Made by a program: the position numbers and the translations under genes | The notes under the pieces: model-generated | Databases searched by the model: none | What the model was told of the DNA's origin: nothing | The model's input: only the letters and a program-made list of their open reading frames with translations | NCBI GenBank assembly: GCA_021831595.1 | Contig: JAKBMK010000025.1 | Span: 1 to 61,113, forward strand | Direction: 5' to 3' | Source of the DNA: a bacterium | GTDB taxonomy: Bacteria > Patescibacteriota > Minisyncoccia > Phycocordibacterales > UBA9973 | Length of the DNA stretch: 61,113 nt | Shown here: positions 1 through 10,054 of the stretch, piece by piece | Layout of the letters: every line of letters begins with the position of its first letter | Position numbering within the stretch: the stretch's first letter is position 1

Positions 1-1
1 T

Positions 2-973
2 CGCGATGTAGAAGATATAAAGAAAATACCGAACGTAAAAAATGCCTACGGAGCTTCTGTTGGTCAGCAAGTTGTAACATATAAAGGAGTATCAAAGACT
101 GCACTTATCTTTGGCGCACATGCTGCACGTTTTGATATTGATAAGGGTGTCATTGAGAAAGGACGTGGTTATAGTGTACAGGAAGATAAATCCTTGGCTC
201 AAGTAGCGGTTTTGGGGTACAAGATAGCGAATGATTTATTTGGAGATACAAATCCTTTAGGTAAATTGATACGAGTTGGGAATTATAATTTTGAAGTTAT
301 TGGTGTTTATAAAGAAAAGGGGAGCTTTGGTCCAATGAATGAAGATGAGCAGGTATTTATTCCCGTGACAACTTTGCAGAAGAAGATTCAGGGGATTGAT
401 TATCTGATATATTCAGTTGTTGAACTTGTCGACAATGACAAAGCTTCTGCTACCAAGTTAGACATTATCGATGTACTCCGAAAGAATCATTACATTACAG
501 ATCCATCGCGAGATGATTTCAAAGTAAATACTCAAACAGAGAGTTTAAGTGTCTTTAATACAATTCTGAGTGCTGTTACATTTCTTCTCATCGCTATTGC
601 TTCTATCTCTCTTATTGTGGGTGGGGTAGGGGTTATGAATATTATGTATGTAGTTGTAACAGAGAGAATTGGAGAGATAGGTCTCAAGAAAGCTCTCGGA
701 GCAAGAAGTAAAGATATACTTTATGAATTTCTTTTAGAGGCGGTAATTCTCACTATTATCGGTGGAGTTATTGGTATTATCGGAGGGTCTTTCTTTGCCT
801 TTCTAATATCGAAATATGCTCAGAGCACAGGACTCACTTGGAAGTTTATAGTACCTATTTGGGGTATTATTGTCTCTGTTTCAGTGTCTATGATAATAGG
901 TATTATCTTTGGTGTTTTCCCCGCTCGCAACGCCGCTCGACTCGACCCAATCGTAGCCCTCAATCGCGAATAA
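2..973 (+). CDS. ABC transporter permease, MacB/FtsX family (5' end outside window)
   Basis: The frame is open from nt 2. It has the C-terminal motif VGGVGVMNIMYVVVTERIGEIGLKKALGA...FGVFPARNAARLDPIVAL. Confidence 0.92.
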   Translation, partial: RDVEDIKKIPNVKNAYGASVGQQVVTYKGVSKTALIFGAHAARFDIDKGVIEKGRGYSVQEDKSLAQVAVLGYKIANDLFGDTNPLGKLIRVGNYNFEVIGVYKEKGSFGPMNEDEQVFIPVTTLQKKIQGIDYLIYSVVELVDNDKASATKLDIIDVLRKNHYITDPSRDDFKVNTQTESLSVFNTILSAVTFLLIAIASISLIVGGVGVMNIMYVVVTERIGEIGLKKALGARSKDILYEFLLEAVILTIIGGVIGIIGGSFFAFLISKYAQSTGLTWKFIVPIWGIIVSVSVSMIIGIIFGVFPARNAARLDPIVALNRE

Positions 974-1000
974 TTCTCCTAATAATTCTCCTCCGGGTTC

Positions 1001-1072
1001 CCACAGGACTTGCCTGGTGGAACACTTTTCTATATAAAATAAGGGTTATTTTCCACCCAGGCCTTGCCTGGG
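1001..1072. repeat. Two REP-like hairpins with AGG-NCTTG-CCT core (family E)
   Basis: CCACAGG-ACTTG-CCTGGTGG at 1001-1020 and CCCAGG-CCTTG-CCTGGG at 1056-1072. Confidence 0.7.
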
Positions 1073-1136
1073 GGGAGGCTGTGAAAGATTGGAGGGAGGG
1101 TGTGTGAGGAGGCATTTTTTATGTTATACTCATAGG

Positions 1137-1922
1137 ATGGAAACATTTTTAAACAATAAAAAAGTTAGCGTTTCGGTTTTTGTATTATTAATAATTATTT
1201 CGTGTTATTTCGTAGTTAAAACAGTAAGTGAAGTTCGAGATATTGATAACAAGGGCGACAAGCAAGTAAACACAATCACTGTTTCAGGTAAAGGAGAGGT
1301 GACAGCTGTTTCTGATATTGCTTCTTTGTATGTTAATTTAAACAAAGAAGGTAAGACAGCAAAAGAAGCTCAAGACTTGCTCAATACTGAAATTACAAAA
1401 GTTTTGAAATATTTGAAAGATCAAAAAATTGCTGATAAAGATATAAAATCTGAATACGGAGGACTTAACCCAAAGTATTCTTATGAACAACCTACCTGCT
1501 TCACATATCCTTGTCCTACAAGAGATCCAAAGATTATCGGATATACAGCATCACAGTCTATTACTATAAAGATACGTGAAGTTGATAGTGCAAGTGAGAT
1601 CCGCACAGGACTTGCTGGAGTAGGGGTGACAGATATAAGTGGTCCAACATTTGGAATAGATGATGAAGAAGGTTTCAAGGATCAAGCTCGCTCGAAAGCA
1701 ATTCTTGATGCAAGAGAAAAAGCTAAAGTTCTCGCAGGAGAATTGGGTGTCAGACTTGGTCATGTTGTAAGCTTCAATGAGAGTAACGGTGGAGGGTACC
1801 CTATGTACGCAGCAAAAGCAATGATGGCAGATAGTGTATCTGCTTCTGCTCCAGCTCCAACATTGCCAAAGGGGGAGAACAAGATTACTTCAGACGTGAA
1901 TATAACTTACGAGATTAAATAA
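1137..1922 (+). CDS. SIMPL/DUF541 domain protein
   Basis: N-terminal TM segment, then TITVSGKGEV, ARSKAILDAREKAKVLAGELGVRLG and GENKITSDVNITYEI. The start was moved to ATG 1137, just after a TATACT box. Confidence 0.88.
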   Translation: METFLNNKKVSVSVFVLLIIISCYFVVKTVSEVRDIDNKGDKQVNTITVSGKGEVTAVSDIASLYVNLNKEGKTAKEAQDLLNTEITKVLKYLKDQKIADKDIKSEYGGLNPKYSYEQPTCFTYPCPTRDPKIIGYTASQSITIKIREVDSASEIRTGLAGVGVTDISGPTFGIDDEEGFKDQARSKAILDAREKAKVLAGELGVRLGHVVSFNESNGGGYPMYAAKAMMADSVSASAPAPTLPKGENKITSDVNITYEIK

Positions 1923-1929
1923 TGAATAA

Positions 1930-1962
1930 AAATGGGCCCGAAGCAAAGCTTCGGGCCCATTT
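1930..1962. terminator. Intrinsic terminator-like hairpin
   Basis: AAATGGGCCCGAAGC-AAA-GCTTCGGGCCCATTT. Confidence 0.7.
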
Positions 1963-2040
1963 GCTTATTCTTCCATCTAGTGGTATTATATATCTATTAC
2001 ACCCCCGGGGTGTTTTTTAATAGAACTAATCAAATTATAT

Positions 2041-2229
2041 ATGAGCAAAATCACTGAATATTTCAAAGAAGTTTACGCCGAATCAAAGAATATTACTTGG
2101 CCTACACGTAGGCAAGCTCTATTTTTTACAATAGCAGTATTAGCTATTTCTATCTTAATCGCTTACTACCTAGGATTGTTGGATGTATTGTTTAGTACAG
2201 GTCTATCAAAACTATTACTTAATAGATAA
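2041..2229 (+). CDS. secE: Preprotein translocase subunit SecE
   Basis: EVYAESKNITWPTR motif plus one TM helix, directly upstream of nusG. Confidence 0.93.
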   Translation: MSKITEYFKEVYAESKNITWPTRRQALFFTIAVLAISILIAYYLGLLDVLFSTGLSKLLLNR

Positions 2230-2249
2230 CTAATTTTTATAAATAATAT

Positions 2250-2801
2250 ATGGCAAAACAAGAACTAAAAGGGGAGAGGAATTGGTACGCTATTCATACT
2301 TATGCAGGTTATGAAAATGCTGTCATGAGAAATCTCCGTCAGCGTATTGATTCACTAGGGGTCAATGATAAGATTTTTAATGTAATAGTCCCTACAGAAA
2401 AGAAAATCAAAATAAAAGGAGGCAAGAGAGTAGAGAGTGAAGAAAAAGTTTATCCAGGATATGTCTTAGTAGATATGATAGTGGATGACAACTCTTGGTA
2501 CGTAGTTCGTAACACTCCTCGTGTCACAGGATTCGTCGGTGCTGGAGTAAATCCAGTTCCACTCGACAAGAAAGAAGTAGACGACCTCTTTGGAAAGATG
2601 GAGAAGGGCAACAAGACTAACAAACATCAGATGGATATAGAAATTGGAGAAATAGTTCGTATTGCTGATGGTCCATTCAAAGACTTGGAAGGCAAGGTGA
2701 ACGATGTAGATAGTGAGAGAGGTAAGGTCAAGGTTCTCGTTTCAATGTTCGGTCGTGAGACTCCAGTCGAATTAGATTTCTTGCAAATTAAGAAGATATA
2801 A
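2250..2801 (+). CDS. nusG: Transcription antitermination factor NusG
   Basis: WYAIHTYAGYE, YPGYVLV, VRNTPRVTGFVG and the KOW region DGPF...MFGRETPVELDF. Confidence 0.98.
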   Translation: MAKQELKGERNWYAIHTYAGYENAVMRNLRQRIDSLGVNDKIFNVIVPTEKKIKIKGGKRVESEEKVYPGYVLVDMIVDDNSWYVVRNTPRVTGFVGAGVNPVPLDKKEVDDLFGKMEKGNKTNKHQMDIEIGEIVRIADGPFKDLEGKVNDVDSERGKVKVLVSMFGRETPVELDFLQIKKI

Positions 2802-2864
2802 GTATAATCAGTTTATCGTGTTCGGCCAAAGGCCGTGCTTCTCACGACTAACTAAAACAAATTT

Positions 2865-3293
2865 ATGGCAGCTAAAAAAATTACAAAAAAAGTTAAATTA
2901 CAAATACCAGCCGCAAAGGCAACTCCAGCTCCTCCACTAGGTCCAGCACTTGGTCAGGCCGGAGTGAACATCGCAGAATTCTGTCAGAAGTTCAATGCTA
3001 TGACTCAGAAAGATGCAGGGGATATAGTAGGTGTAGTCATCACAGTTTACGAAGATAGAACTTACGATATAAAGGTGAAAACACCTCCAGTATCAGGTCT
3101 TATATTTAAAGCAGCAGGAGTAGAGGGTGGTTCAGGTAAGCCAAACTTGAGTAAAGTAGGTAGTATTACAAAGGCTCAAGTTCGCGCAATTGCCGAGAAG
3201 AAGATGCCAGACCTCAATGCCAAGGATATCGAAGGGGCAATGAAGATAGTAGAAGGAAGTGCTCGTTCAGCTGGTATTAACGTAATAGGATAA
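2865..3293 (+). CDS. rplK: 50S ribosomal protein L11
   Basis: [23 protein letters not shown] and KMPDLNA. Confidence 0.98.
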   Translation: MAAKKITKKVKLQIPAAKATPAPPLGPALGQAGVNIAEFCQKFNAMTQKDAGDIVGVVITVYEDRTYDIKVKTPPVSGLIFKAAGVEGGSGKPNLSKVGSITKAQVRAIAEKKMPDLNAKDIEGAMKIVEGSARSAGINVIG

Positions 3294-3308
3294 TATTGAT
3301 TCTAGAAG

Positions 3309-3340
3309 GAAAGGCCCCGCGGATTACCGCGGGGCCTTTC
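3309..3340 (+). terminator. Terminator hairpin after rplK
   Basis: GAAAGGCCCCGCGG-ATTA-CCGCGGGGCCTTTC. A related hairpin lies at 35405-35426. Confidence 0.75.
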
Positions 3341-3517
3341 TAATTTGCCCCCAAAATCCTTGATTGACAATAAGCTTATTTTATGATATAATACCCCAAA
3401 ATATATATCAAAATCCGCTTTCTAGGAAAGATGATTTTGGGGGCATCCTTATATGCCTCAAGCCCAAATAAGGAAAGTTTTTTTGACAAAGTTAAATTTA
3501 AATTAAAGTTTGTTTAC

Positions 3518-4933
3518 ATGAATGAAGCAAAATTAAGTCGTGAAGAACAAGTGGAGCTGGGCAAAAAAATTGCCGCACTTGTTGAAAAGGAAGTCGGTTC
3601 AGTATTTGCCGCAGATTCTAATCAAGGAGCTGGCGTAATCGCCATCTTGAAAATCGTTGCTCACAAAGAAGACGTTACGAACAAGATTAAAAAGTTCCTG
3701 AGAGTTGATCTTGGATTAGCCCTTCAAAATGGAAAAGAGAACCACAAAAACCACGGAAGTGGGATGAAGTGTACCGCCCTTGTGAACCTGGCCGAGATTC
3801 GGCTGGATGCTGTGAAAAGGATCGAAAATCTACACAAGTTAACTTGTGTGGAGAAAGTGAAACCGGTTGTGGTGAAGAATGTCAAATCTGAAAACAAAGA
3901 GGTTGCTCCACCTGCACCTGTGATTACCGACTCAGCACCAAAAACCGAAACTGCAATAGAGAAGCGCAAGTATTCACAAAGGATGCAGTCGGGCCAGATG
4001 ACTTTGTCTCTGTACATCTCCTCTCTTCTTTCATTTGGAAAGATGTTGGATAATGGGGGAGAGGAGCCTAAAGACTTCAGTATCAATGACTATTTCAAGT
4101 ACGGCAAAAAGACTGATGATAATTTCGTCACCTTGAGTTGTATTGATGAGAAAATTGCTACAAGTATCGAGCAGCTGGTTTGCTGGCTTATCGGAGCCGA
4201 AGGTGTTTTGAGAGATGAGATGGATGTAACGGTGGATTTGTCCAGAATGAAAAATTTTGAGAACAAAAAACATTACATCCAATTCACTTTACCTCCTAAA
4301 GAAGGAGTAACTGCAGCCAATCTGAAGAAGATGTTGCTGCGGGTTAACTCTGGTGCGAAGCCTAAAAAGGTGATAGCTCACAAAACTATCCCAAACGTAT
4401 TCGTTGTGTCATATGTAAAAAAGACTACAGCAAATACTGTTAAGAATATCATCGTCGGTATGGGGTGGAGTGTCATTGAATCTCCGGAGAACGAAGGATT
4501 CATTTTCATAAATGTCGGACAGAATGTTCCTGCTGTTGAAAAAGAAGCCCAGGTTACTCCTCTGAACGATGTTCAAGCCCACAACGAATCGAATTCTTCC
4601 GAAGAGCTTCCTCCGCCACCGGCAATTGTTTTTCTTCCTGTTGAAGGCGAAAATACTCAGAGTAAACATCTGAACAATTCCGTCGGCACCGTTCCTGATC
4701 AGAAGCCTCATGCTTCTTCTTATGTTTTCCCTGGACTCCAGGTGAACTTTTTCAAAAAGTTGCAAACGAAAGAAGAGGCTTATGCAGAGCTCGAGAAAAT
4801 ATACAATGACCAGGCACTGTTCTCTAAGTTAACAGAAGAGAATCAAAAGCAAATCGTTGATATTCTCGAAGAAGGGTATGCCCAAGCACACCCGAACGAA
4901 TACGTTGAGATGCTTCTCAAAATTTTAAAATAA
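3518..4933 (+). CDS. Hypothetical protein (no family recognised)
   Basis: Long open frame with an upstream TTGACA...TGATAT promoter-like site and a downstream hairpin. The start is uncertain (3431 or 3518). Confidence 0.7.
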   Translation: MNEAKLSREEQVELGKKIAALVEKEVGSVFAADSNQGAGVIAILKIVAHKEDVTNKIKKFLRVDLGLALQNGKENHKNHGSGMKCTALVNLAEIRLDAVKRIENLHKLTCVEKVKPVVVKNVKSENKEVAPPAPVITDSAPKTETAIEKRKYSQRMQSGQMTLSLYISSLLSFGKMLDNGGEEPKDFSINDYFKYGKKTDDNFVTLSCIDEKIATSIEQLVCWLIGAEGVLRDEMDVTVDLSRMKNFENKKHYIQFTLPPKEGVTAANLKKMLLRVNSGAKPKKVIAHKTIPNVFVVSYVKKTTANTVKNIIVGMGWSVIESPENEGFIFINVGQNVPAVEKEAQVTPLNDVQAHNESNSSEELPPPPAIVFLPVEGENTQSKHLNNSVGTVPDQKPHASSYVFPGLQVNFFKKLQTKEEAYAELEKIYNDQALFSKLTEENQKQIVDILEEGYAQAHPNEYVEMLLKILK

Positions 4934-4996
4934 TTTAACTTTATAACCAAAGAAAAGAGACTGCAGGACCTAAAGGACCCTGCAGCTTTTTCGTTT

Positions 4997-5017
4997 TCCA
5001 CAGGACTTGCCTGTGGA
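4997..5017. repeat. REP-like hairpin family E
   Basis: TCCACAGG-ACTTG-CCTGTGGA, a perfect stem. Confidence 0.75.
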
Positions 5018-5048
5018 GTTCCTGTGGGGTTTGGGAGAATTACAGACA

Positions 5049-5080
5049 TAAAATGCGTCGCCGTAAGGCGACGCATTTTA
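5049..5080. terminator. Bidirectional terminator hairpin
   Basis: TAAAATGCGTCGCC-GTAA-GGCGACGCATTTTA between convergent genes. Confidence 0.75.
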
Positions 5081-5091
5081 TATTTACTTGT

Positions 5092-5670
5092 TTATTTACT
5101 GACTCTTTCTACGTATTCGCCGTTTTCGGTGTTTATGACAACTTTGTCGCCCTCTTCTACGAAGAAGGGAACACTTATCTTGATACCGTTTTCGAGAACA
5201 GCAACCTTGCCTCCACCATTGGCAGTATTACCACGGATTGATGGGGGAGCTTCTTTCACAGTGAATTCCATCTTGATAGGAAGCAAAACTTTTATGATTT
5301 TTTCATCATCATCGTCATCCCAGATCATAGCTGTGACCTTCTCGTTGGCCTTCATGTACATAGCCTTATCACCGATAACTTTCTCGTCTATCTTGAAGCG
5401 GTTACTTGCATCATCTAGATCGCAGAACCAGTATTCACCCTTGTTGGAATATAGGAATTTGATATCTCTTTTTATAATATCTGCTTCGTCAGCTTTATCA
5501 GCTGCATGGAAAGTTGCATTCCAAGTACGGCCAGAGAGCAAACTCTTGAGCTTCACTTGGTTTTGAGGCTTTCTCATTTGAGTACGAGCGACGTGATTAT
5601 CGAGCACTTCACAAGGCTCATCTTCATATATAATTATTTTTCCTGTGCGTATTTCACTGTATTCAAGCAT
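5092..5670 (-). CDS. efp: Elongation factor P
   Basis: C-terminal PPSIRGNTANGGGKVAVLENGIKISVPFFVEEGDKVVINTENGEYVER. Confidence 0.95.
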   Translation of the reverse strand: MLEYSEIRTGKIIIYEDEPCEVLDNHVARTQMRKPQNQVKLKSLLSGRTWNATFHAADKADEADIIKRDIKFLYSNKGEYWFCDLDDASNRFKIDEKVIGDKAMYMKANEKVTAMIWDDDDDEKIIKVLLPIKMEFTVKEAPPSIRGNTANGGGKVAVLENGIKISVPFFVEEGDKVVINTENGEYVERVSK

Positions 5671-5748
5671 ATAATTTTAGTTTAACTAATAACAAAGTGA
5701 GTATAACAGAATTGAGTCAAAAACGGAAGGATATTATCCTATAGTCTC

Positions 5749-6819
5749 TTATTCCCCAGCGCTTGCGACCTGTATTTCTCCGAAACGATTGCGAACTTCT
5801 TTTAGTATTTCGTCAGCGAGCTTCTTGTTGTCTCTGAGATATGTGCGAGCGGCATCGTACCCACGGCCGAGCTTTATCTCTTCGACTGGACCTTTCTCTT
5901 TCTGTTTGGCTGTGCCTGTATAGGAGAAGATTGCTCCGCTAGTTTTCGTGATGATACCGAGCTTCTCGCCTAGAGCCATTATTTCTCCTTCACGAGAAAT
6001 TCCTTCACCATAGAGTATATCGAATTCTGTCTGTTTGAATGGGGCAGCGACCTTGTTCTTCACTACCTTCACGCGAGTACGACTTCCGACGACTTCTTCG
6101 CCTTTCTTTATCTGGGCAATTCTTCTTATATCAAGTCTGATAGTTGTATAGAATTTGAGAGCCTTTCCTCCTGGTGTTGTCTCTGGATTGCCGAACATGA
6201 CTCCGATTTGCATTCTGATCTGGTTAATGAATATCACAACTGTCTTTGAATTGTGAACTATTGCAGTGAGCTTGCGGAGAGCTTGCGACATGAGGCGAGC
6301 TTGCTTACCGACATGTGATTGACCCATGTCTCCCTCGATTTCATCCTTTGGGGTGAGGGCAGCGACAGAGTCGACAACGACGACATCTATCTTGCCAGAA
6401 CGAATGAGACTTTCGGTGATCTCAAGTGCTTGTTCTCCATTGTCCGGCTGTGAGATTAGCAATTCTTTGGTATTGACTCCGAGTTTACCAGCATAGTCTG
6501 GATCCATCGCATGCTCTGCGTCGATATAGGCGCAGACTCCACCTTTCTTTTGTGATTCAGCGACGATGTGTAGGGCAAGTGTCGTCTTTCCTGAAGACTC
6601 TGGTCCGAATATTTCTATCATACGGCCACGGGGAACACCACCGACACCGAGTGCCATATCGAGCCCGATTGATCCAGTAGGGACGACGTCGATATCTACC
6701 TTTGGAGCATCTCCGAGCTTCATGATCGCACCTTCACCGAATTTGGTCTGGATAGATTTGATTGTATCTTCTATCGCTCCACCTGTTTCCTTTGGAGCTT
6801 TTTTTGCTTTCTTTTGCAT
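5749..6819 (-). CDS. recA: Recombinase RecA
   Basis: [16 protein letters not shown] and [28 protein letters not shown]. Confidence 0.99.
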   Translation of the reverse strand: MQKKAKKAPKETGGAIEDTIKSIQTKFGEGAIMKLGDAPKVDIDVVPTGSIGLDMALGVGGVPRGRMIEIFGPESSGKTTLALHIVAESQKKGGVCAYIDAEHAMDPDYAGKLGVNTKELLISQPDNGEQALEITESLIRSGKIDVVVVDSVAALTPKDEIEGDMGQSHVGKQARLMSQALRKLTAIVHNSKTVVIFINQIRMQIGVMFGNPETTPGGKALKFYTTIRLDIRRIAQIKKGEEVVGSRTRVKVVKNKVAAPFKQTEFDILYGEGISREGEIMALGEKLGIITKTSGAIFSYTGTAKQKEKGPVEEIKLGRGYDAARTYLRDNKKLADEILKEVRNRFGEIQVASAGE

Positions 6820-6842
6820 ATGTATATTTTTTAATTTTTCTA

Positions 6843-6883
6843 CCCAAGGCCTTGCCTTTGGGCTCTCCTTAAGGCAAGGCCTT
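6843..6883. repeat. Degenerate REP-like hairpin pair (AGG-CCTTG-CCT core)
   Basis: CCCAAGG-CCTTG-CCTTTGGG and AAGG-CAAGG-CCTT upstream of recA. Confidence 0.6.
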
Positions 6884-6896
6884 CGTCCGAAAAATT

Positions 6897-7295
6897 TTAA
6901 TAATTGATAATCTCACTACTTTTAAATGCGACTGATGGAGCACCTTCTTGATACATCATCTGGAACTTCTTCTCTCTATTATTTCCAAATTTATCACTTG
7001 CATCGATTGTCACGACAGAGAATCCAGGAATGAGAGCGATCGTTTCTTTGAATGTGCCATCTTTGTCTATGAATATTTCTCTGCCATTGAGACTTATGTA
7101 TGTAGCATTTGGGGCCTTACCAGTAACTACTGCCACAGGGGAGTCGCCGTTCTTTTCTATCTTTGCATTTATCTGGACTCCGTTCATGAGGAAAGACATC
7201 TTCATGTAGCTGAAAATTCCGATGACAATAAATAAAAGAGTACAAGACGTTAATCCTATCCACCACTTTATATTTTTGTTCTTTATCTCTGTCAT
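6897..7295 (-). CDS. Membrane-anchored protein with Ig-like beta-sandwich domain
   Basis: One TM helix, then [36 protein letters not shown]...ASDKFGN. Confidence 0.75.
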   Translation of the reverse strand: MTEIKNKNIKWWIGLTSCTLLFIVIGIFSYMKMSFLMNGVQINAKIEKNGDSPVAVVTGKAPNATYISLNGREIFIDKDGTFKETIALIPGFSVVTIDASDKFGNNREKKFQMMYQEGAPSVAFKSSEIINY

Positions 7296-7299
7296 TTGA

Positions 7300-7387
7300 A
7301 TTAGTGATTAGTGATTAGTGATTAGTGATTAGTGATTAGTGATTAGTGATTAGTGATTAGTGATTAGTGATTAGTGATTAGTGATTA
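7300..7387. repeat. Perfect heptamer tandem repeat (ATTAGTG), 12 full copies plus a partial
   Basis: Read directly from the sequence. Confidence 0.97.
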
Positions 7388-7448
7388 TTCTTAATTATAT
7401 CATATTATACTTGCATTTTACTAGAAACTAGTCACTAGCTACTAGCAC

Positions 7449-9638
7449 CTAACCCACAGCAATATCATCTGTGTGGTCCATAGGTTTTTCAAGCAAATCT
7501 CTAGGTTTTGCGCCATTTTTAGGACCTACGACGCCTCTTTCTTCGAGCATATCTATGAGTTTGGCAGCACGAGCGTATCCGACGCCTAACTTTCTCTGTA
7601 GATATGAAGTCGAAGCTTGCTGATCGCGGATGACTATCTCGCGAGCTTCTTCGAAGAGATCATCATCTCCATCGCTTCCACCCTCTAGACTGTCACTGAA
7701 TAGTCCACCTCCACCTTTCTCTATACTTCCTGAGAGTTCTATTTGATCTGGAATCTCATCCATATAGGCATCTTTTAGATAAGAGACGACTCTCTTGACC
7801 TCTTCTTCTGATATGAAGGCGCTTTGCAATCTTTCTGGCTGTGGGGATTCGGCACTAGTGTAGAGCATGTCTCCGGCACCAAGCAATTTCTCGGCTCCTC
7901 CTTGGTCGAGAATTGTTCTGGAGTCTACTTGTGAGGATACTTGCAATGCGACACGAGTAGGAACATTCGCTTTGATGAGACCGGTAATGACGTTCACTGA
8001 TGGACGCTGGGTCGAGAGTATGAGGTGGATACCGACAGCACGAGACATCTGGGCGAGACGGACGATAGCACTTTCGAGTTCTCTTGGATAGGCTTGCATG
8101 ATATCGGCGAGCTCGTCGATGATGACGACAATGTAAGGCATTCTCTCGGCTTCACCATCTTTGCTCTTTGCGAGAACTTTCGTATGGTAGCTCTCTATGT
8201 TCTGTACAGACTCGGCTTGGAGTATGTCGTAGCGACGATCCATTTCCTTCGCTGCCCATTTGAGAGCGAGGATTGTCTTCTTTGGATCGGTGATGACGGG
8301 AGTGAGTAGATGAGGAATCTTGTTGTACAGAGTGAGCTCGACTCTCTTTGGGTCCACCATGATGAGCTTCATATCTTCTGGTCCATTTCTATAGAGGAGG
8401 GAAGCGATGATGGAGTGGATAGTGACGGACTTACCCGAGCCAGTTGTTCCGGCGATGAGGGCATGAGGCATCTTCGCAAGATTGCCGAAGACAGCCTTAC
8501 CAGAGAGACCACGGCCGAGGGCGACAGTGAGAGGCTTCGGTGAATTCTGGAATTTATCGTCAGCTAGAAGTGTGGCGAGTCCAACTGTGGACTTCACTTT
8601 GTTTGGTATCTCGATACCGACGAGCGACTTGCCAGGGATAGGAGCTTCGATACGGATAGGGTGGGCGGCGAGGGCGAGAGCGAGGTCATTTTGAAGTCCG
8701 ACAATGCGTGAAAGTTTAACCCCTTGGGCAGGCTTCAATGCATAGCGGGTGACAGTAGGACCGACGGTGACCTCATCCATTTCTACTGGTATGCCGAAGT
8801 TGAGGAGTGTGCGCTGGATGATGTTCGTATTGCCTTTCATGTCGCCGATGTTTGGCTTGCCTTTGTCTTTCTCGAGGAGGTCGAGTGGGGGAGGGACATA
8901 GTTCGTCTTGAACTTTTTTTGTGGTGACAACTTTTCTTCTTTTGGAGCTTTTACCGTCACTTCTTCATACTCCAATTCTTGCTCTTTTGGAGATATCTCT
9001 TTCTTCTTCTCGATGATCTCTTCTATCTCCTCTACTGGCATCTCGGAATTTGTGAATGGAGTCGTGACATCTCTACTTAGAAATTCTTTGAGTCTGCGCC
9101 AGAGTGAGAGTAAGTTTGGACGTTCGTTGAAGAGGACGAGTAGGGAAGCGATGAGGGCTGTGCCGAGTAGGAGGATGCCCCCGTAGAGACCGAAGAGTTT
9201 CAAGAATGGCCAAGCTATCATGCTGCCGAGTCTTCCACCGTAAGTGAGGATAGTGGAAGGACCAGAACCATTGCTTGCAAGGTCCATGATACCGAGAGTG
9301 GAGAGCAGTAGTGCGAGCGCCATGATGGCGTGAATTCTCGCAATCCAGAACTTTCCTTCACGCATAAAAGAAACACCGATGATACCTAAAATAATAGGTA
9401 GTAAGTAGTATCCAAAACCAAAGAATGAGCTCAATACTTTGTCTGTAAAATTTCCGACAATTCCTGCTAAATGAAAAATTGATAATAAAATTAAAAGCCC
9501 CAAAACGAGGATTCCGATACCCCAGAGACTCTCGGTAGTTTCTTCTTTTAGCTCTACTTTTTTGCGTCTATTTTTAGTAGATTTCTTGCCTCTTTTTGGT
9601 TCATCAAATTCCTCTTCTTCTATATCTTTTTTGTTCAT
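7449..9638 (-). CDS. ftsK: DNA translocase FtsK/SpoIIIE
   Basis: N-terminal TM domain, AGTTGSGKS, IIDELAD, LSTQRPSV and the gamma domain LQRKLGVGYARAAKLID. The ATG is at 9638. Confidence 0.97.
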   Translation of the reverse strand: MNKKDIEEEEFDEPKRGKKSTKNRRKKVELKEETTESLWGIGILVLGLLILLSIFHLAGIVGNFTDKVLSSFFGFGYYLLPIILGIIGVSFMREGKFWIARIHAIMALALLLSTLGIMDLASNGSGPSTILTYGGRLGSMIAWPFLKLFGLYGGILLLGTALIASLLVLFNERPNLLSLWRRLKEFLSRDVTTPFTNSEMPVEEIEEIIEKKKEISPKEQELEYEEVTVKAPKEEKLSPQKKFKTNYVPPPLDLLEKDKGKPNIGDMKGNTNIIQRTLLNFGIPVEMDEVTVGPTVTRYALKPAQGVKLSRIVGLQNDLALALAAHPIRIEAPIPGKSLVGIEIPNKVKSTVGLATLLADDKFQNSPKPLTVALGRGLSGKAVFGNLAKMPHALIAGTTGSGKSVTIHSIIASLLYRNGPEDMKLIMVDPKRVELTLYNKIPHLLTPVITDPKKTILALKWAAKEMDRRYDILQAESVQNIESYHTKVLAKSKDGEAERMPYIVVIIDELADIMQAYPRELESAIVRLAQMSRAVGIHLILSTQRPSVNVITGLIKANVPTRVALQVSSQVDSRTILDQGGAEKLLGAGDMLYTSAESPQPERLQSAFISEEEVKRVVSYLKDAYMDEIPDQIELSGSIEKGGGGLFSDSLEGGSDGDDDLFEEAREIVIRDQQASTSYLQRKLGVGYARAAKLIDMLEERGVVGPKNGAKPRDLLEKPMDHTDDIAVG

Positions 9639-9755
9639 CCCGTTAGAAGCAGGTCGCGATCTATTTGATAAGAAATACAACCCGCAAGCTTAAAATTATA
9701 AATAATAAAATCAAAAAATGTGTCCAGTTTATCGTGACCGCGGCTTCTAACGGGA
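9638..9755. mobile_element. ~118-bp MITE-like element with terminal inverted repeats at the ftsK start
   Basis: TCCCGTTAGAAGC..GGTCGCGAT (9638-9660) versus ATCGTGACC..GCTTCTAACGGGA (9731-9755). Confidence 0.75.
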
Positions 9756-9829
9756 CCATGTAAATGTATGTATATTATATCACTTATTAAATCATTTTAA
9801 AAATAGAAAAATATAGCAAATATGCTGTA

Positions 9830-9934
9830 TTTGGAATAGTTCCTGAGAAGGAACTTGCGCAAGGCCGACTGGGCCGAGCAGAGGAATTTTTCAGCAGAAA
9901 AATATACGTGTCCTTCGAGGGAAGCTATTCCAAA
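9830..9934. other. ~105-nt structured intergenic element (repeat or ncRNA)
   Basis: Closing stem TTTGGAATAGTTCC/GGAAGCTATTCCAAA with internal hairpins such as ATTTTTC-AGCA-GAAAAAT and GGCC-GACTG-GGCC. Confidence 0.45.
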
Positions 9935-10054
9935 GAAGGCTATAAATTATTTAAAAAATAATACCAGTCTTTTGCTATTGCCAAGAAAAAATATCGGTAT
10001 ATAATGGACGCATTAAAGACATAAATATCTTGTCGTATAGCAAGAAAAAGACAT

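Noticed and set aside
2811-2852. Hairpin before rplK as an L1-binding leader
   Set aside because: The stem is present, but the GGGAG/GACCAC-type L1 consensus is not evident.
9639-9680. ORF-track N-terminal extension of FtsK (also extensions at 27015, 33632 and 16323)
   Set aside because: These extensions run through TIR, REP or terminator sequence, and downstream ATGs fit better.
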